Part shown: positions 1 through 10,460 of the stretch, one piece after another
Layout: each line of letters opens with the position of its first letter
How positions within the stretch are numbered: position 1 is the first letter of the stretch
Source of the DNA: Verrucomicrobiota bacterium
GTDB lineage: Bacteria; Verrucomicrobiota; Verrucomicrobiia; Opitutales; Seribacteraceae
Assembly: GCA_027622665.1 (NCBI GenBank)
Contig: JAQBYT010000012.1
Span: forward strand, 1 to 64,000
Length of the DNA stretch: 64,000 nt
Direction: 5' to 3'
Made by a program: the position numbers and the translations under genes
The notes under the pieces: generated by a model
Told to the model about the DNA's origin: nothing
The model's input: the letters and a program-made list of their open reading frames with translations, nothing else
The model's database searches: none

Positions 1-804
1 GCGCTGCCCGCGCCTCCGCAGCTTGACTGCACGGGGCCCAATGGCGTCGATGCAGCCACAGTATTGGCTTCGCAACGCGCCTGGACGAGGCACATGGGTG
101 CAGCCAGTCATGAGAAGCTGTTTCCGATCACCGAAGACCGGAAGGTCAGCGTCCGCATGGTTTTGCTGCCGCCTGGCAAGTATTACCAAGGGAATCCGGG
201 GAAGGGAGCGATCGTGACACTTACCCGCCCGCTCTGGGTCGGTAAATACGAGGTAACGCAACGTCAGTTTGCCTCTTTGATGGGAAAGAATCCCAGCCAC
301 TTCAAGCAGGAGGGGAAAAATACGGAAGTCTGGCCTGTCGACATGGTGAGTTACCTGGATGCCAAGTCCTTCTGCAAGAAAGCAACGGAGCAAACGGGCG
401 CGCATTACCGCCTGCCAACCGAGGCCGAGTGGGAATATGCCTACCGCGCCGGCACCCGAACAAAATTCTACAACGGCGACGACAATGATAAATCGGGCGA
501 GATCGGACAATGCACCGATAATAACTTCGTGAGCACTACGAGAGTCGGTACGAAGCTGCCGAATGCCTTCGGGCTTTTCGATATGGCGGGAAATGTTTGG
601 GAACGCTGCTCGGACTACTGGAACCCTTCCTATGAACCCGTTGAGGCAACCGATCCTCAAGGACCGAAATCGGGCTTTACCCGAGCCCACCGCGGTGGAG
701 GTTGGGATACCTATTGCCGGACCTGCAACGCCACCAGCCGCAGTGGTTCCACGGAAGCTTACGCCGGCAGCCAGACTGGTTTTCGCCTGACCCGCGTGCC
801 TTAA
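1..804 (+). CDS. FGE-sulfatase (SUMF1/EgtB/PvdO) fold protein, 5'-partial
   Basis: The frame is open from base 1 (ALPAPPQLDC...) to TAA at 804. Family motifs: KYEVTQRQF, YRLPTEAEWEYAYRAG, NAFGLFDMAGNVWE, RGGGW, GFRL. Confidence 0.85.
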   Translation, partial: ALPAPPQLDCTGPNGVDAATVLASQRAWTRHMGAASHEKLFPITEDRKVSVRMVLLPPGKYYQGNPGKGAIVTLTRPLWVGKYEVTQRQFASLMGKNPSHFKQEGKNTEVWPVDMVSYLDAKSFCKKATEQTGAHYRLPTEAEWEYAYRAGTRTKFYNGDDNDKSGEIGQCTDNNFVSTTRVGTKLPNAFGLFDMAGNVWERCSDYWNPSYEPVEATDPQGPKSGFTRAHRGGGWDTYCRTCNATSRSGSTEAYAGSQTGFRLTRVP

Positions 805-938
805 GGGTGTTTACTAACCCGATTTAGTTTCTAAGGAAAAGCCGAAATAAAACAATGCTCGCTACCTGGTATGCCTTTTATTGAGCCGTGTATAAAATCG
901 AGGTTTTAATTCATCCCGAAAAGTGCTAGGCAAAGCCT

Positions 939-1897
939 ATGAAGAGTATGAAAATCATCTTACTTGCACTGATAGCTTTGGGCTTGCCTGCCTATTCCAT
1001 CGCGGCCGACAAGCCGGCGGAGGCGAAGGCAGGCGGACCTTTGGCAAAGTGATTTATTCGACGCACATGGGAAACAACGAGCCCGATTACGATGCCAACA
1101 ACCCGATCGTGAGGGGAAGCCAACCCGTCACTGAAGAGGAGTACTTTACCGATGCCATTACTCGTGAGTCCGTGGACTTCATCGACCGGCACGCGGACAA
1201 GCCTTTCTTTCTCTACGTTGCCTATAACGCGGTGCACAGCCCACTCCAAGCGGCGGACAAGTACATGAAGAAGTTCAAGCATATCGAGGATGTCCAGAGA
1301 CGCATCTTCGCAGCCATGCTGGCCAACCTCGATGACAGCGTGGGCGAGATCATGAAAAAGATCGGTGATGAGGACCTGGAAAGAGATACCTTGGTCTTCT
1401 TCCTCAGCGACAATGGTGGACCGACCCGAGAACTGACTAGCAGCAACCTTCCCCTTCGGGGAGGAAAGGGGCAAATGTACGAAGGCGGAATCCGCGTGCC
1501 GTTCATGGTTCGGTGGCCTGGTAGGATTCCCGCAGGCCAAACCTATGACCGCCCAGTCATCAGCACCGATATCTTCGCAACCATTCACGGAGCCGCCCGT
1601 GTTCCCCTGCCCAAGGGCAAGCAAGCCGAATGCGTGGACCTCCTACCCTACCTCACCGGCAAGAACAAAGACGACCCGCACCAGATCCTCTACTGGAGGC
1701 AAAGCCACAAGACCGCGCTGCGCAAAGGTGACCTAAAGCTGGTCCGGCAACAGCCGAAGAAGTGGGAACTCTACGATCTCTCGAAAGACTTTTCAGAAAC
1801 GAAGGACCTAGCCGAGTCCCAACCCGAAACCCTCCAAAAACTCCTCAAGGAATGGGAAAGCATCAACGACCAGATGGTCGAACCGCTATTTAAGTAA
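939..1897 (+). pseudogene. Arylsulfatase-family gene with internal deletion (catalytic N-half lost)
   Basis: ATG 939 gives a signal peptide MKSMKIILLALIALGLPAYSIAADKP, and that frame stops at 1052. Another frame from ~1014 encodes only the C-terminal sulfatase half (KPFFLYVAYNAVHSP, TLVFFLSDNGG, YEGGIRVPF, ELYDLSKD). No DD or CxPxR motif is present. Confidence 0.75.
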
Positions 1898-1967
1898 ACT
1901 CCCCACTCCAAAACTTGAAAAAATCCGCAAAAAAGAATAAAAAAGGGATTAACGAACTTTTTTACGC

Positions 1968-3245
1968 ATGCGGAATTCAATTCATAGAAGACGATTCATT
2001 CAGGGCTTGGGAGGATCCTTTCTCGCACTTCCCCTGCTGGAGGTAAACTCGGCTTCGGGTACTCTTGCCCCCCCAAAGAGAATAACTGCTTCCGGTATCT
2101 TTTACGGGCTGGTCCCCCGGCATTTTCATCCCGAGCAAATCGGACCGCATTACAAGGCTCCCCTGCTGCTCCGTCCACTAGCACCATTCCGTAAGGACTA
2201 CACCGTCTTCTCCGGATTGGATCACAACCTGAGCGGTGGCCACAACGCAACTAAGTTCTTTCTCAGTGGCATTCCCGCCACTCAGGCTAAGGGATTTTCC
2301 GAGGCCAACATATCGGTCGACCAGAAAGCCGCCCAATCGGTTGGTCCAAAGACCCGTTTCCCATCCCTCACACTCGATGCAGGGAAAGGCAAAGAGCATA
2401 CACTGTCTTGGACCCGAAATGGAAACTCGGTTCAGCCTGTCCGTAGCCTCGAACAGCTTTACCGCATGCTTTTCCGCAAGGAGAACCGCAATACCCGTGA
2501 ACAGGCGCAACGGGATCTGGAGGACAAGCGTTCGATCCTCGACTTGGCGGGTGACCAGGCCCAATCCTTTCAGCGGGGCTTGGGCCAAAACGACAAGCAA
2601 AAGCTCGATCAGTACTTCACCTCGGTACGTGAACTTGAAAAACGCATCGAGCAATCGAGACTATGGCTGGACAAGGAGAAACCGGGTACCGACTACGATC
2701 TTCCTCGAGCCGTCGATTCCCTCACCCTGAAGGATCGTACTCCGTTCTATTACGATCTCATGACACTCGCTCTGCAAACCGATTCCACCCGGGTCATCAC
2801 CCTCTCCTTCACCGAGTTGGGCAAGGACAACGGCGGGCTTCCCGGTGTCGGCAAGGGCTACCACACCCTCTCCCACCACGGACAAGTACAAGAAACGATC
2901 GAGGAACTCTCCATCATCGAGACCTTTCACACCAACCAATTCGCCCGTTTCCTAGGCAAACTCAAAGAAATCCGCGAACCCAACGGTGACTCCCTACTCG
3001 ACAGTACCATGGCCCTCTTCGGCAGCGGCATGAGTAACGCCAATTCCCATAGCAACCGGGACTTGCCCATCGTTTTGGCGGGGGGTGGTTTCAAGCACGG
3101 TGAGCACAGGCACTACGCTCGTCGGGCAAGGCACTCGACTCCCCTCTGCAACCTGTATCTTTCAATGCTGCAAAACTTCGGGCTCGAGATCGACCGGTTC
3201 AACACCTCTGCCGGCACCCTCACAGACTTCGATCGACTCGCTTAG
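1968..3245 (+). CDS. DUF1552 (HXXSHH) family protein, Tat signal (module 1)
   Basis: RRRFIQG twin-arginine signal; D..KLDQYFTSVRELEKRI; YHTLSHHG; LLDSTMALFGS...H...LPIVLAGG; PLCNLYLSML. Confidence 0.85.
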   Translation: MRNSIHRRRFIQGLGGSFLALPLLEVNSASGTLAPPKRITASGIFYGLVPRHFHPEQIGPHYKAPLLLRPLAPFRKDYTVFSGLDHNLSGGHNATKFFLSGIPATQAKGFSEANISVDQKAAQSVGPKTRFPSLTLDAGKGKEHTLSWTRNGNSVQPVRSLEQLYRMLFRKENRNTREQAQRDLEDKRSILDLAGDQAQSFQRGLGQNDKQKLDQYFTSVRELEKRIEQSRLWLDKEKPGTDYDLPRAVDSLTLKDRTPFYYDLMTLALQTDSTRVITLSFTELGKDNGGLPGVGKGYHTLSHHGQVQETIEELSIIETFHTNQFARFLGKLKEIREPNGDSLLDSTMALFGSGMSNANSHSNRDLPIVLAGGGFKHGEHRHYARRARHSTPLCNLYLSMLQNFGLEIDRFNTSAGTLTDFDRLA

Positions 3246-3252
3246 GGCGAAC

Positions 3253-5847
3253 ATGCGTAAATTGCTCGGAATCATACTTACTTGGGCCTGGGTTTGGACT
3301 ATGTCAGGCTCGGAGAACCTCGAGGGCAAGGTAGTGGAGCTCGATTCGGGGGTTCGTCAATTCATTCAAACCTACTGCATCCAGTGCCATGGTCCGGAGG
3401 AACAAAAGGGGGAACGAAGCTTTCACCAATTGACCTCGCGTGCTGGTGGAAAGTGGATGATGGACTTAGCCAAGCCCGGCAAAGCCGACTTACTCCACGA
3501 CATTCTCCATCAACTCAATCTCGGCGAGATGCCCCCCAAGAAGAAGGACGTCAAGCAACCTAGGAACCAAGAAATCAAGAAAGCCGTAAGTTGGCTGACC
3601 GAGATCCTGCTGGAATTGGAAAAAGAAAAGGGACCGACAGAAACGGTTCTTCGCCGACTCAATCGTATCGAATACCGGAACAGCATGCGCGATATGCTCA
3701 GTCTCGGGAATCTTCCCTTCGACCTCACCGAGGATTTTCCTGCGGACGACGAGATCGAAGGGTTCACCAACATAGGCGATGTCCTCAGGTTAAGCGAAGG
3801 GCACCTCGACGCCTACCTCGAGGCGGCCGACCGGTACCTCCGGATGGCCTTTCGCTTCGACGAACCGAGAAAGGCGGAGACCTTGCTCATCAAACCCCAA
3901 GATTGGGGTTACCGGGACAGGGAGGCCACCACGCCCTGGATGTACCGTCTGCACGTTAAGGACAAGTACCTAGATATCGGGGCGGGCAAGAAACAACTGA
4001 GCGATCACTTCTCGCTCGGCACAGTGCCTCAGGACTTCGCCCGGCGAGGCGGTATTCAGGTTTCCGGTTACTACAGGATCTCCATCACTGCCGAGGCCAT
4101 ACGCCGACTCACTCATCCCTATGATCCCATGATGATTCCGACCGACCTGACCCCCCCCATGCAGCTCGGACTTTACGTCTCGAGGGGAACCAAGGGCCTC
4201 GCCTCGGACTCGGTCAAGTCCCGCTCCCGGATCGGCTTGTGGGACCTGGTGGACCACCGGCCAAAAAAATTCGAAGTCACCACCTGGATGGACAAGGGAG
4301 ACGTTCCCTTCATCAACTGGGACAATGGGCCGGGGCCATCCGACTACTGGATGCGCGACATCCTCAAGAAGTACCACACCGACGTGGAGTTTCGCGGGAA
4401 ACAGGGATCTCATGCCTGGCATATCATCGGCAAGGATGCGGTACCCGGCCGGTTGGTCTCGGATGTGTGGAAGGGGCCCCTCCTGCGCGTTCACGAGATG
4501 CGAATTCACGGCCCGACGCAAGGTACCTACCATTCCAAGGCTCAACAGGTTTTCCTCGATGGCCAACGGGACTTGGCGAAAGTTGACTTGGCAACCACGT
4601 TCAGCCGTTTTGCCCGACGGGCCTTCCGGCGACCACTGGCCAAACCCGAAATCGAACCTTACCTGCGTCTTGAAAAAAATGCCACGAAGAAGCTTGGACG
4701 ATCCCCTGAGGAGGCCTTCTTTTTGGCCCTCAAGGCAATGCTGGTCTCACCTGATTTCCTCTACTTGAGGGAAGAGGCATCACCCGACAAACGGATCGGT
4801 CCTTTCGAGCTGGCCAACCGGCTGTCCTATTTTCTCTGGGGCTCCCTTCCCGACAACGAACTTTTCAATCTCGCCAAGGAAGGAAGTATCCACGATCCAG
4901 AGGTTTTAGGCAAACACGTGCTGAGGTTACTAGAGGACCCAAGGAGCGATTCCTTCGTGAAAGGCTTTGCCTCCAGCTGGCTTCGGCTCGACAAGCTGGG
5001 TACAATGCCTCCCGATTCCCTCAAATTCAGGGAGTACTACAACTACGGCCTCGAGGATTCGATGATCGGGGAAACCCTCCAGTTTCTGCGTCATGCAATC
5101 AAAACTAACGCCCCTCTCACCGACTTCATTCATTCGGACTATGCCTTTCTCAACCAGGATCTCGCTCGGCACTATGGGATCAAGGGCGTGCAGGGTCTTC
5201 ACTTTCGAAAGGTTTCCCTTACCCCCGATGGGGTCCGGGGCGGCTTGCTCGGACAGGCAAGCATCCTGACGCTCACCGCCAACGGCGTCGACACTTCCCC
5301 CGTGGTGCGCGGAATCTGGGTACTGGAAAGCCTTTTGGGCACGCCCCCTGCCCCACCCCCACCGGACGTCGAACCGATCGACCCTGACGTGCGGGGTGCC
5401 AAGTCGGTTAAGCAGTTGCTCGAAAAGCACCGCTCGGTCGAGACCTGCGCCGATTGCCATGACAAGATCGACCCCTTCGGCTTCCCCCTTGAATTTTTCG
5501 ACCCGGTAGGAGGCTACAGGCCGACCTACTACCGTTCGCGTTACTGGAAACGATCCCAACACACGACCGTTTTCTTTCCTTCCTTTCCCATCGACGGCTC
5601 AGCCACCTTGGCCTCCGGCGAAAGTTTCCAAGATCCTCGGGGTCTCAAGAAGGCTCTGCTTGGCAAAAAGGATTTGCTGGCCAAAAACCTAACAGGGAAA
5701 CTTCTTACTTACGGGACGGGACGAAAGATGACCCTACTGGACGAAGAGGAAATCAGAAAGATAGCAAGCAAGGCGATGAGTCAGGGAAAGGGATTTCGTG
5801 ACTTGATTGTGACTGTTGCAAACAGCAAAATTTTCAACCAGCGTTAG
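3253..5847 (+). CDS. DUF1592/DUF1588 (PSD/PSCyt) di-heme cytochrome c protein (module 1)
   Basis: ATG 3253 (MRKLLGIIL signal peptide) is preferred over 3085. Motifs: CIQCH...EMPP; RRLNRIEYRNS; AFRRP; ELANRLSYFLW; TSPVVRGIWV; PPPPP; HR...CADCHDKIDPFG. Confidence 0.85.
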   Translation: MRKLLGIILTWAWVWTMSGSENLEGKVVELDSGVRQFIQTYCIQCHGPEEQKGERSFHQLTSRAGGKWMMDLAKPGKADLLHDILHQLNLGEMPPKKKDVKQPRNQEIKKAVSWLTEILLELEKEKGPTETVLRRLNRIEYRNSMRDMLSLGNLPFDLTEDFPADDEIEGFTNIGDVLRLSEGHLDAYLEAADRYLRMAFRFDEPRKAETLLIKPQDWGYRDREATTPWMYRLHVKDKYLDIGAGKKQLSDHFSLGTVPQDFARRGGIQVSGYYRISITAEAIRRLTHPYDPMMIPTDLTPPMQLGLYVSRGTKGLASDSVKSRSRIGLWDLVDHRPKKFEVTTWMDKGDVPFINWDNGPGPSDYWMRDILKKYHTDVEFRGKQGSHAWHIIGKDAVPGRLVSDVWKGPLLRVHEMRIHGPTQGTYHSKAQQVFLDGQRDLAKVDLATTFSRFARRAFRRPLAKPEIEPYLRLEKNATKKLGRSPEEAFFLALKAMLVSPDFLYLREEASPDKRIGPFELANRLSYFLWGSLPDNELFNLAKEGSIHDPEVLGKHVLRLLEDPRSDSFVKGFASSWLRLDKLGTMPPDSLKFREYYNYGLEDSMIGETLQFLRHAIKTNAPLTDFIHSDYAFLNQDLARHYGIKGVQGLHFRKVSLTPDGVRGGLLGQASILTLTANGVDTSPVVRGIWVLESLLGTPPAPPPPDVEPIDPDVRGAKSVKQLLEKHRSVETCADCHDKIDPFGFPLEFFDPVGGYRPTYYRSRYWKRSQHTTVFFPSFPIDGSATLASGESFQDPRGLKKALLGKKDLLAKNLTGKLLTYGTGRKMTLLDEEEIRKIASKAMSQGKGFRDLIVTVANSKIFNQR

Positions 5848-5960
5848 AAACACTTTTTATTCCGATGCCTAAAAGCAGAAAGCCCTACAAATTAAATTAT
5901 ATTGAAAGGCCAAAAAATCATTGAATATCTGAGTTTAGAAACAATAATGAGCAGAGAATT

Positions 5961-7274
5961 ATGAATCGTAGAACATTACTTAAAAGTATGGCTTTAGGGG
6001 CTGGCGCTTCGTTTGGCTCAGGGCTTTTCCCTGATGTAACTAGAGCTGCGACCACAAAGGGCACTCCCAAGCGAGTCATATTCTTTATGCAGAACCAAGG
6101 CTTCGCTCCGAGTACTGCAATTCCCGCCGGAATGAAGAACAGTGGGTCTTTGGCCAAAGCGAAGCTGCCCGAGCCCATTGAGGCGTTGGAGCCTTTCAAG
6201 GAGCGCATGCATATTATCAATGGTCTGCATGGCATGCACACCAGTCCTTCTCATAGTCCTTTCTTTGGAGCCCTGGGCGGCTACCGTGGCGGTGATGGCG
6301 TGGCACCCAGTGATTCCACCATCGACTACGAATTGAGCAAGGTTCTCCCGGAAACATTGCTTCCTCATTTGTGCATCGGCATGGACTCGATTGAGAATAT
6401 GAGAGCCAAGCCCACCGTGGCCAATCTTTCGGCCAGCGGCGCAGGTCAGCCCATCTTCATGCATTCCAACCCAAACCATCTATATGAGATGCTCTACGGC
6501 GGTATTTCCGAGGGTGACATCCGGAAGCAGCATGAGGCTCGTTCCAGTATGTTCGGTCGCATCGAGCAAATGGCGGCGACCAAGGGGGAAAATCTTCCTC
6601 CAACGGACTCCAAGCGCTATGGACAGTATGTCCGGGGCTTTGATGACATAAACGGATTGCGCGATCGCCTTGGCAGCGTTTCCGCCCACTTGCGGAAGTT
6701 CGCCCCCAAGGTGGATGACGGCTATTCCAATCCTGAATTTGAAACCGACTGGCACGATCGTATCTTAGACCTTGGCATCTCGGCTCTCAAGTCGGGTATT
6801 ACCAGTGTGCTTACGGTCGGCTCGGGGCGTGGTGAGATCTTTGGAGCGTGGAAAGGTTTGGGCGTAGAGCAACAGGGTCACAACCTCGGCCACATGAAGC
6901 AGCCCGATAACCCGATCTGGGTCAAGATCCGCCAGTACAACAGTCGCATGTTGGTTAAGCTTATGGAGGAACTTGAAAGTGTTCCCGAGGGCAGTGGAAG
7001 CATGATGGACAACACGCTCATCGTATACACCAGCAACAATGCCGACTCTCAGCATACCTCGGGCAAGAATTGGCCTGTTATGCTACTGGGTAATTGTGGC
7101 GGTGCCTTCAAGACCGGATGCTTCACGCAACTGGATGGCAAGCGTCCGATCAATGCCCTATACACATCTATTCTGCGCGCTTCCGGCGTCGAATGCGATC
7201 GCTTCAACATGTCCGAGCAGTTGGCCGCCAAGTTTGACTCCGGCACAGGGCCCCTAAAAGAAATTTTGGCATGA
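5961..7274 (+). CDS. Divergent DUF1552-family protein, Tat signal (module 2)
   Basis: NRRTLLKS signal; PKRVIFF; GHNLGHM at the HXXSHH position; [15 protein letters not shown]; overlaps the next gene (ATGA at 7271-7274). Confidence 0.75.
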   Translation: MNRRTLLKSMALGAGASFGSGLFPDVTRAATTKGTPKRVIFFMQNQGFAPSTAIPAGMKNSGSLAKAKLPEPIEALEPFKERMHIINGLHGMHTSPSHSPFFGALGGYRGGDGVAPSDSTIDYELSKVLPETLLPHLCIGMDSIENMRAKPTVANLSASGAGQPIFMHSNPNHLYEMLYGGISEGDIRKQHEARSSMFGRIEQMAATKGENLPPTDSKRYGQYVRGFDDINGLRDRLGSVSAHLRKFAPKVDDGYSNPEFETDWHDRILDLGISALKSGITSVLTVGSGRGEIFGAWKGLGVEQQGHNLGHMKQPDNPIWVKIRQYNSRMLVKLMEELESVPEGSGSMMDNTLIVYTSNNADSQHTSGKNWPVMLLGNCGGAFKTGCFTQLDGKRPINALYTSILRASGVECDRFNMSEQLAAKFDSGTGPLKEILA

Positions 7275-10252
7275 CCAAGTTGACCCTCGCCCTCGGGGTG
7301 GCGGTCTTTGTCCTGCTCGGCACCTCTTCCAAAGCTGCAAAACCTTATGCACCTGGAGAGCCAGTCCGTGGCAACTTCAAGGACTTTGCACAAGGCTTTC
7401 TCGAGAACAACTGTTTCGATTGCCACGATGAGGATACCACCAAGGGCGATCTGAATCTCGTCGATTTGGGGCCCTTGGACGAGACCAACGCGGCGGTTTG
7501 GAAATCGGTTTGGGCCCAGGTCGCGCTACAAGAAATGCCGCCTAAAAAGAAGTCGCAACCGGATATCGTCGACAGGCTAAGATTCTCCGACTGGATTGTC
7601 GGCGAATTGCAGCGTGGAATGAAGGACAAGGGCGGTTTTCAAGCTCACTTAGATCCAAGCAAGGGCAATTTTGTTTCTCACGACCTGCTCTTTGGTTCCT
7701 TGCCCAAGGGGATTCAACTAGCGCCCACTTCTTCCCCTGCGCGTATTTGGCGCGTCACGCCGCAGGAACACATCACACGGCTCAACGAGTTGATCAATCT
7801 CGAGCCGGAATACAATCCGGAAAAACCGGGTGTGCGTACGCGGGGAGACCACGTTCCGACCAACCACGGGGGCGAACTCAAAATGTACTTTGGCACGGAC
7901 CGGATCACCAAGTGGGAGGGCGGAACCGTAGCTTATGCCACGGCAGTGAAGAGCGTGCCCGTGGTACTGTCTTCCGCCCGCAAGCATGGCTTGGAAAACT
8001 ATCCGGACTTCTACACCGTCAATAGTTCCGAGGCGACCCAGATCCTAGTCAAGGCGGAGGACATTCTTCGTTTCATGGCCTATGGTCCGCTCAGCTTGGT
8101 CGGTTTTCCCGAGCAAATCACCGACGACCCCAAGACCTGGGACAAGGTCAAGCCCAAGGGCGACCTCCGCGGTCTCCCCACTGCCATCGTTTACAACACC
8201 AAAGTCTCACGTCCGATCACTCCCGTTTACGATCTAATGAATAAGCCAAGCGTAACCGATGATCGCCTGCAGGCTGCAGTGAACTATGTCTTCGAGGCGG
8301 TGACTTTTCGGCCGCCCACTAAAAAAGAATCCGAGGACTACCTGCTTATCGTCAAGGACTCCATCGACAAGGTGGGCAAGGAGAACGGGGCCTTCATGGG
8401 CTTGTCCGCCATCTTCCTCGACCGGGATGCCTTGTTCCGCACCGAGTTGGTGGAGTCCGGCAAACCCGACGAACACGGACGCGCCATGCTGCAGAACTGG
8501 GAGCTCGGCCTGGCTGTCAACCATGCCCTCAGTTACCTGAGACCCGACGATACCCTCCGCAAGGCAATTGTTGAGGGCCGTATGAATACGCGTGAAGACG
8601 TGAAGCGCGAAGTCACCCGGATGATGGCCGACGACAGTATCCGCAAACCGCGCGTATTACGCTTCTTCCGCGACTTCTTTGATTACGATCTCGGTGGCTA
8701 TATCTGCAAAGACAACGCAGCCCTTGCCAGCACTGGAGTCAGTGCGCGCGGAACGTCTCACTATCGTGCCATGTTCGATGCTACCGCCAGTACGGACCGT
8801 TTGATCGAACTTATCCTCCAGAAAGACAAGAACGTCCTGAAGGAATTGCTCACCACGCAGCAAGTCGTCGCCACCGGCACCGACAAAAGCTATTTCGGCA
8901 AGAAAAACAGTAAGGAGGAACGGGAAGCTGCCGCACTCGCCAGAAAGAAAGCCGCGGAGGAAAGCCTAAAGAAGGAGTCGGTCGCGCTGGAGGATCTCGA
9001 GAAGGAAATCGAGGGCCTCGAAGTCAAATTACGGGACAATTCCGGGGATCAGGTTCCACCTGAGCTTTTGGTCAACGGGAGCTTTTCCAAAGTGACTTTT
9101 GAGGAACCCGATAATTGGGAGTTGGAAAAAGGAACCCTCAACCAAACGGAGCTTGCAACCGGCAAGGTAGTTGCTGTTCGAGACATGGTCACATTGGAGC
9201 AAACTTTGTCAAAGCCGATTACCTCCAAGACCAAATTAATAGTCAAAGCCACCCGGACCGATTCAAGTTCCAAGGGGATTCGCTTCACGGCCATTTGGGA
9301 TAACGGTTCTCATTCCGCCAACATCACCCCCGCCATTGGGCAAATGGAGTTGATTGTCCCTAATGGCAAAACGATGACCGGGATCCAGTTTAATACGTAT
9401 CGCGCAAATCATGGGATATCCGAGGTTTCCTTGAGGGAAGATACAGGGATTCTCAAGACCTTGACGCAAAAGAAAAAGTCTTTGGCCGCCGCCAAGAAAA
9501 AACTGGAGCAGGAAAAAAAGAAGAAGGTCGGTTCCGTCAATGTTACGCAAGCCGAGCTTGCCGGCCCAAGAGTCTACGCCCGGGTCAGTCGTCGTTCCTT
9601 TGGCAACGGATCAATGAAGCCCGAACGGACCTTGTCCACCGTACCGGAAGGCCAACGCCTCGGCCTTCTGACTCATCCCACTTGGCTGGTTTCCCATTCG
9701 GATGCCATGGATAACCATGCCATCCTACGGGGCCGCTGGATCCGGGAAAAACTTTTGGGCGGCGGTATTCCCGACATACCTATCACCGTGGACGCAATGC
9801 TTCCGGACGAACCGAATACCACCTTACGGGAGCGGATGCGCGTCACCCGCGAAAAATACTGCTGGACCTGTCATGAAAAGATGGATCCCCTCGGGCTCCC
9901 CTTCGAGATGTACAACCACGCGGGGCTGTTCCGTACCACCGAACAGGAGAAGCCCGTCGACACCTCGGGAGAAATCCTCGACAGCGGCGACCCCGCCCTC
10001 GACGGCCCTGTGAAAGATGCCTTGGAGATGATCGAGAAGCTGGCCGCCAGCGAACGGGTCGAACAGGTTTTCGTTCGTCATGCCTTCCGTTTTTGGATGG
10101 GACGCAACGAGACCTTGAATGATGCTCCCGTCTTGCAGACTGCACACAAGGCCTATCGCGAAAGCGGGGGCAGTATGAACGCCCTAATGACCTCTCTCCT
10201 TACTTCCGATGCTTTCCTTTACCGCAAGGTGGAGAAAAAGCTCGCTGAATGA
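7271..10252 (+). CDS. DUF1588 (PSCyt3)-type di-heme cytochrome c protein with internal insertion (module 2)
   Basis: Signal peptide; CFDCH...[50 protein letters not shown]-terminal [11 protein letters not shown]. Confidence 0.8.
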   Translation: MTKLTLALGVAVFVLLGTSSKAAKPYAPGEPVRGNFKDFAQGFLENNCFDCHDEDTTKGDLNLVDLGPLDETNAAVWKSVWAQVALQEMPPKKKSQPDIVDRLRFSDWIVGELQRGMKDKGGFQAHLDPSKGNFVSHDLLFGSLPKGIQLAPTSSPARIWRVTPQEHITRLNELINLEPEYNPEKPGVRTRGDHVPTNHGGELKMYFGTDRITKWEGGTVAYATAVKSVPVVLSSARKHGLENYPDFYTVNSSEATQILVKAEDILRFMAYGPLSLVGFPEQITDDPKTWDKVKPKGDLRGLPTAIVYNTKVSRPITPVYDLMNKPSVTDDRLQAAVNYVFEAVTFRPPTKKESEDYLLIVKDSIDKVGKENGAFMGLSAIFLDRDALFRTELVESGKPDEHGRAMLQNWELGLAVNHALSYLRPDDTLRKAIVEGRMNTREDVKREVTRMMADDSIRKPRVLRFFRDFFDYDLGGYICKDNAALASTGVSARGTSHYRAMFDATASTDRLIELILQKDKNVLKELLTTQQVVATGTDKSYFGKKNSKEEREAAALARKKAAEESLKKESVALEDLEKEIEGLEVKLRDNSGDQVPPELLVNGSFSKVTFEEPDNWELEKGTLNQTELATGKVVAVRDMVTLEQTLSKPITSKTKLIVKATRTDSSSKGIRFTAIWDNGSHSANITPAIGQMELIVPNGKTMTGIQFNTYRANHGISEVSLREDTGILKTLTQKKKSLAAAKKKLEQEKKKKVGSVNVTQAELAGPRVYARVSRRSFGNGSMKPERTLSTVPEGQRLGLLTHPTWLVSHSDAMDNHAILRGRWIREKLLGGGIPDIPITVDAMLPDEPNTTLRERMRVTREKYCWTCHEKMDPLGLPFEMYNHAGLFRTTEQEKPVDTSGEILDSGDPALDGPVKDALEMIEKLAASERVEQVFVRHAFRFWMGRNETLNDAPVLQTAHKAYRESGGSMNALMTSLLTSDAFLYRKVEKKLAE

Positions 10253-10308
10253 AGGCAAATATTTCCAAACTGGCCGACATGATTCGCACTCTAGTCCTCA
10301 TCGGCTTG

Positions 10309-10336
10309 TCCTCTGCCGTTTAGGCAGAGGATTTCT
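10309..10336 (+). terminator. Possible intrinsic terminator hairpin
   Basis: Perfect 9-bp stem TCCTCTGCC/GGCAGAGGA with loop GTTTA, followed by only TTTCT (weak U-tract). It lies 57 bp after the module-2 stop. Confidence 0.35.
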
Positions 10337-10460
10337 AAAGGTAAATATTTTCCAGCAATCGCAACAAGATTCTCTTATTTGATCAAGTTTGAATTATCTA
10401 GCTGCACAGATTCCCCAAGTCGTGCATTTGAACTTTTAGCAACCAACAGAAAAACCAAGA

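Noticed and set aside
923..1013. GTG-started N-terminus of the 324-aa sulfatase ORF
   Set aside because: It is an off-frame reading of the true leader, which starts at 939.
3085..3252. Longer N-terminus for the module-1 cytochrome
   Set aside because: It overlaps the DUF1552 gene by 161 bp; the signal peptide begins at ATG 3253.
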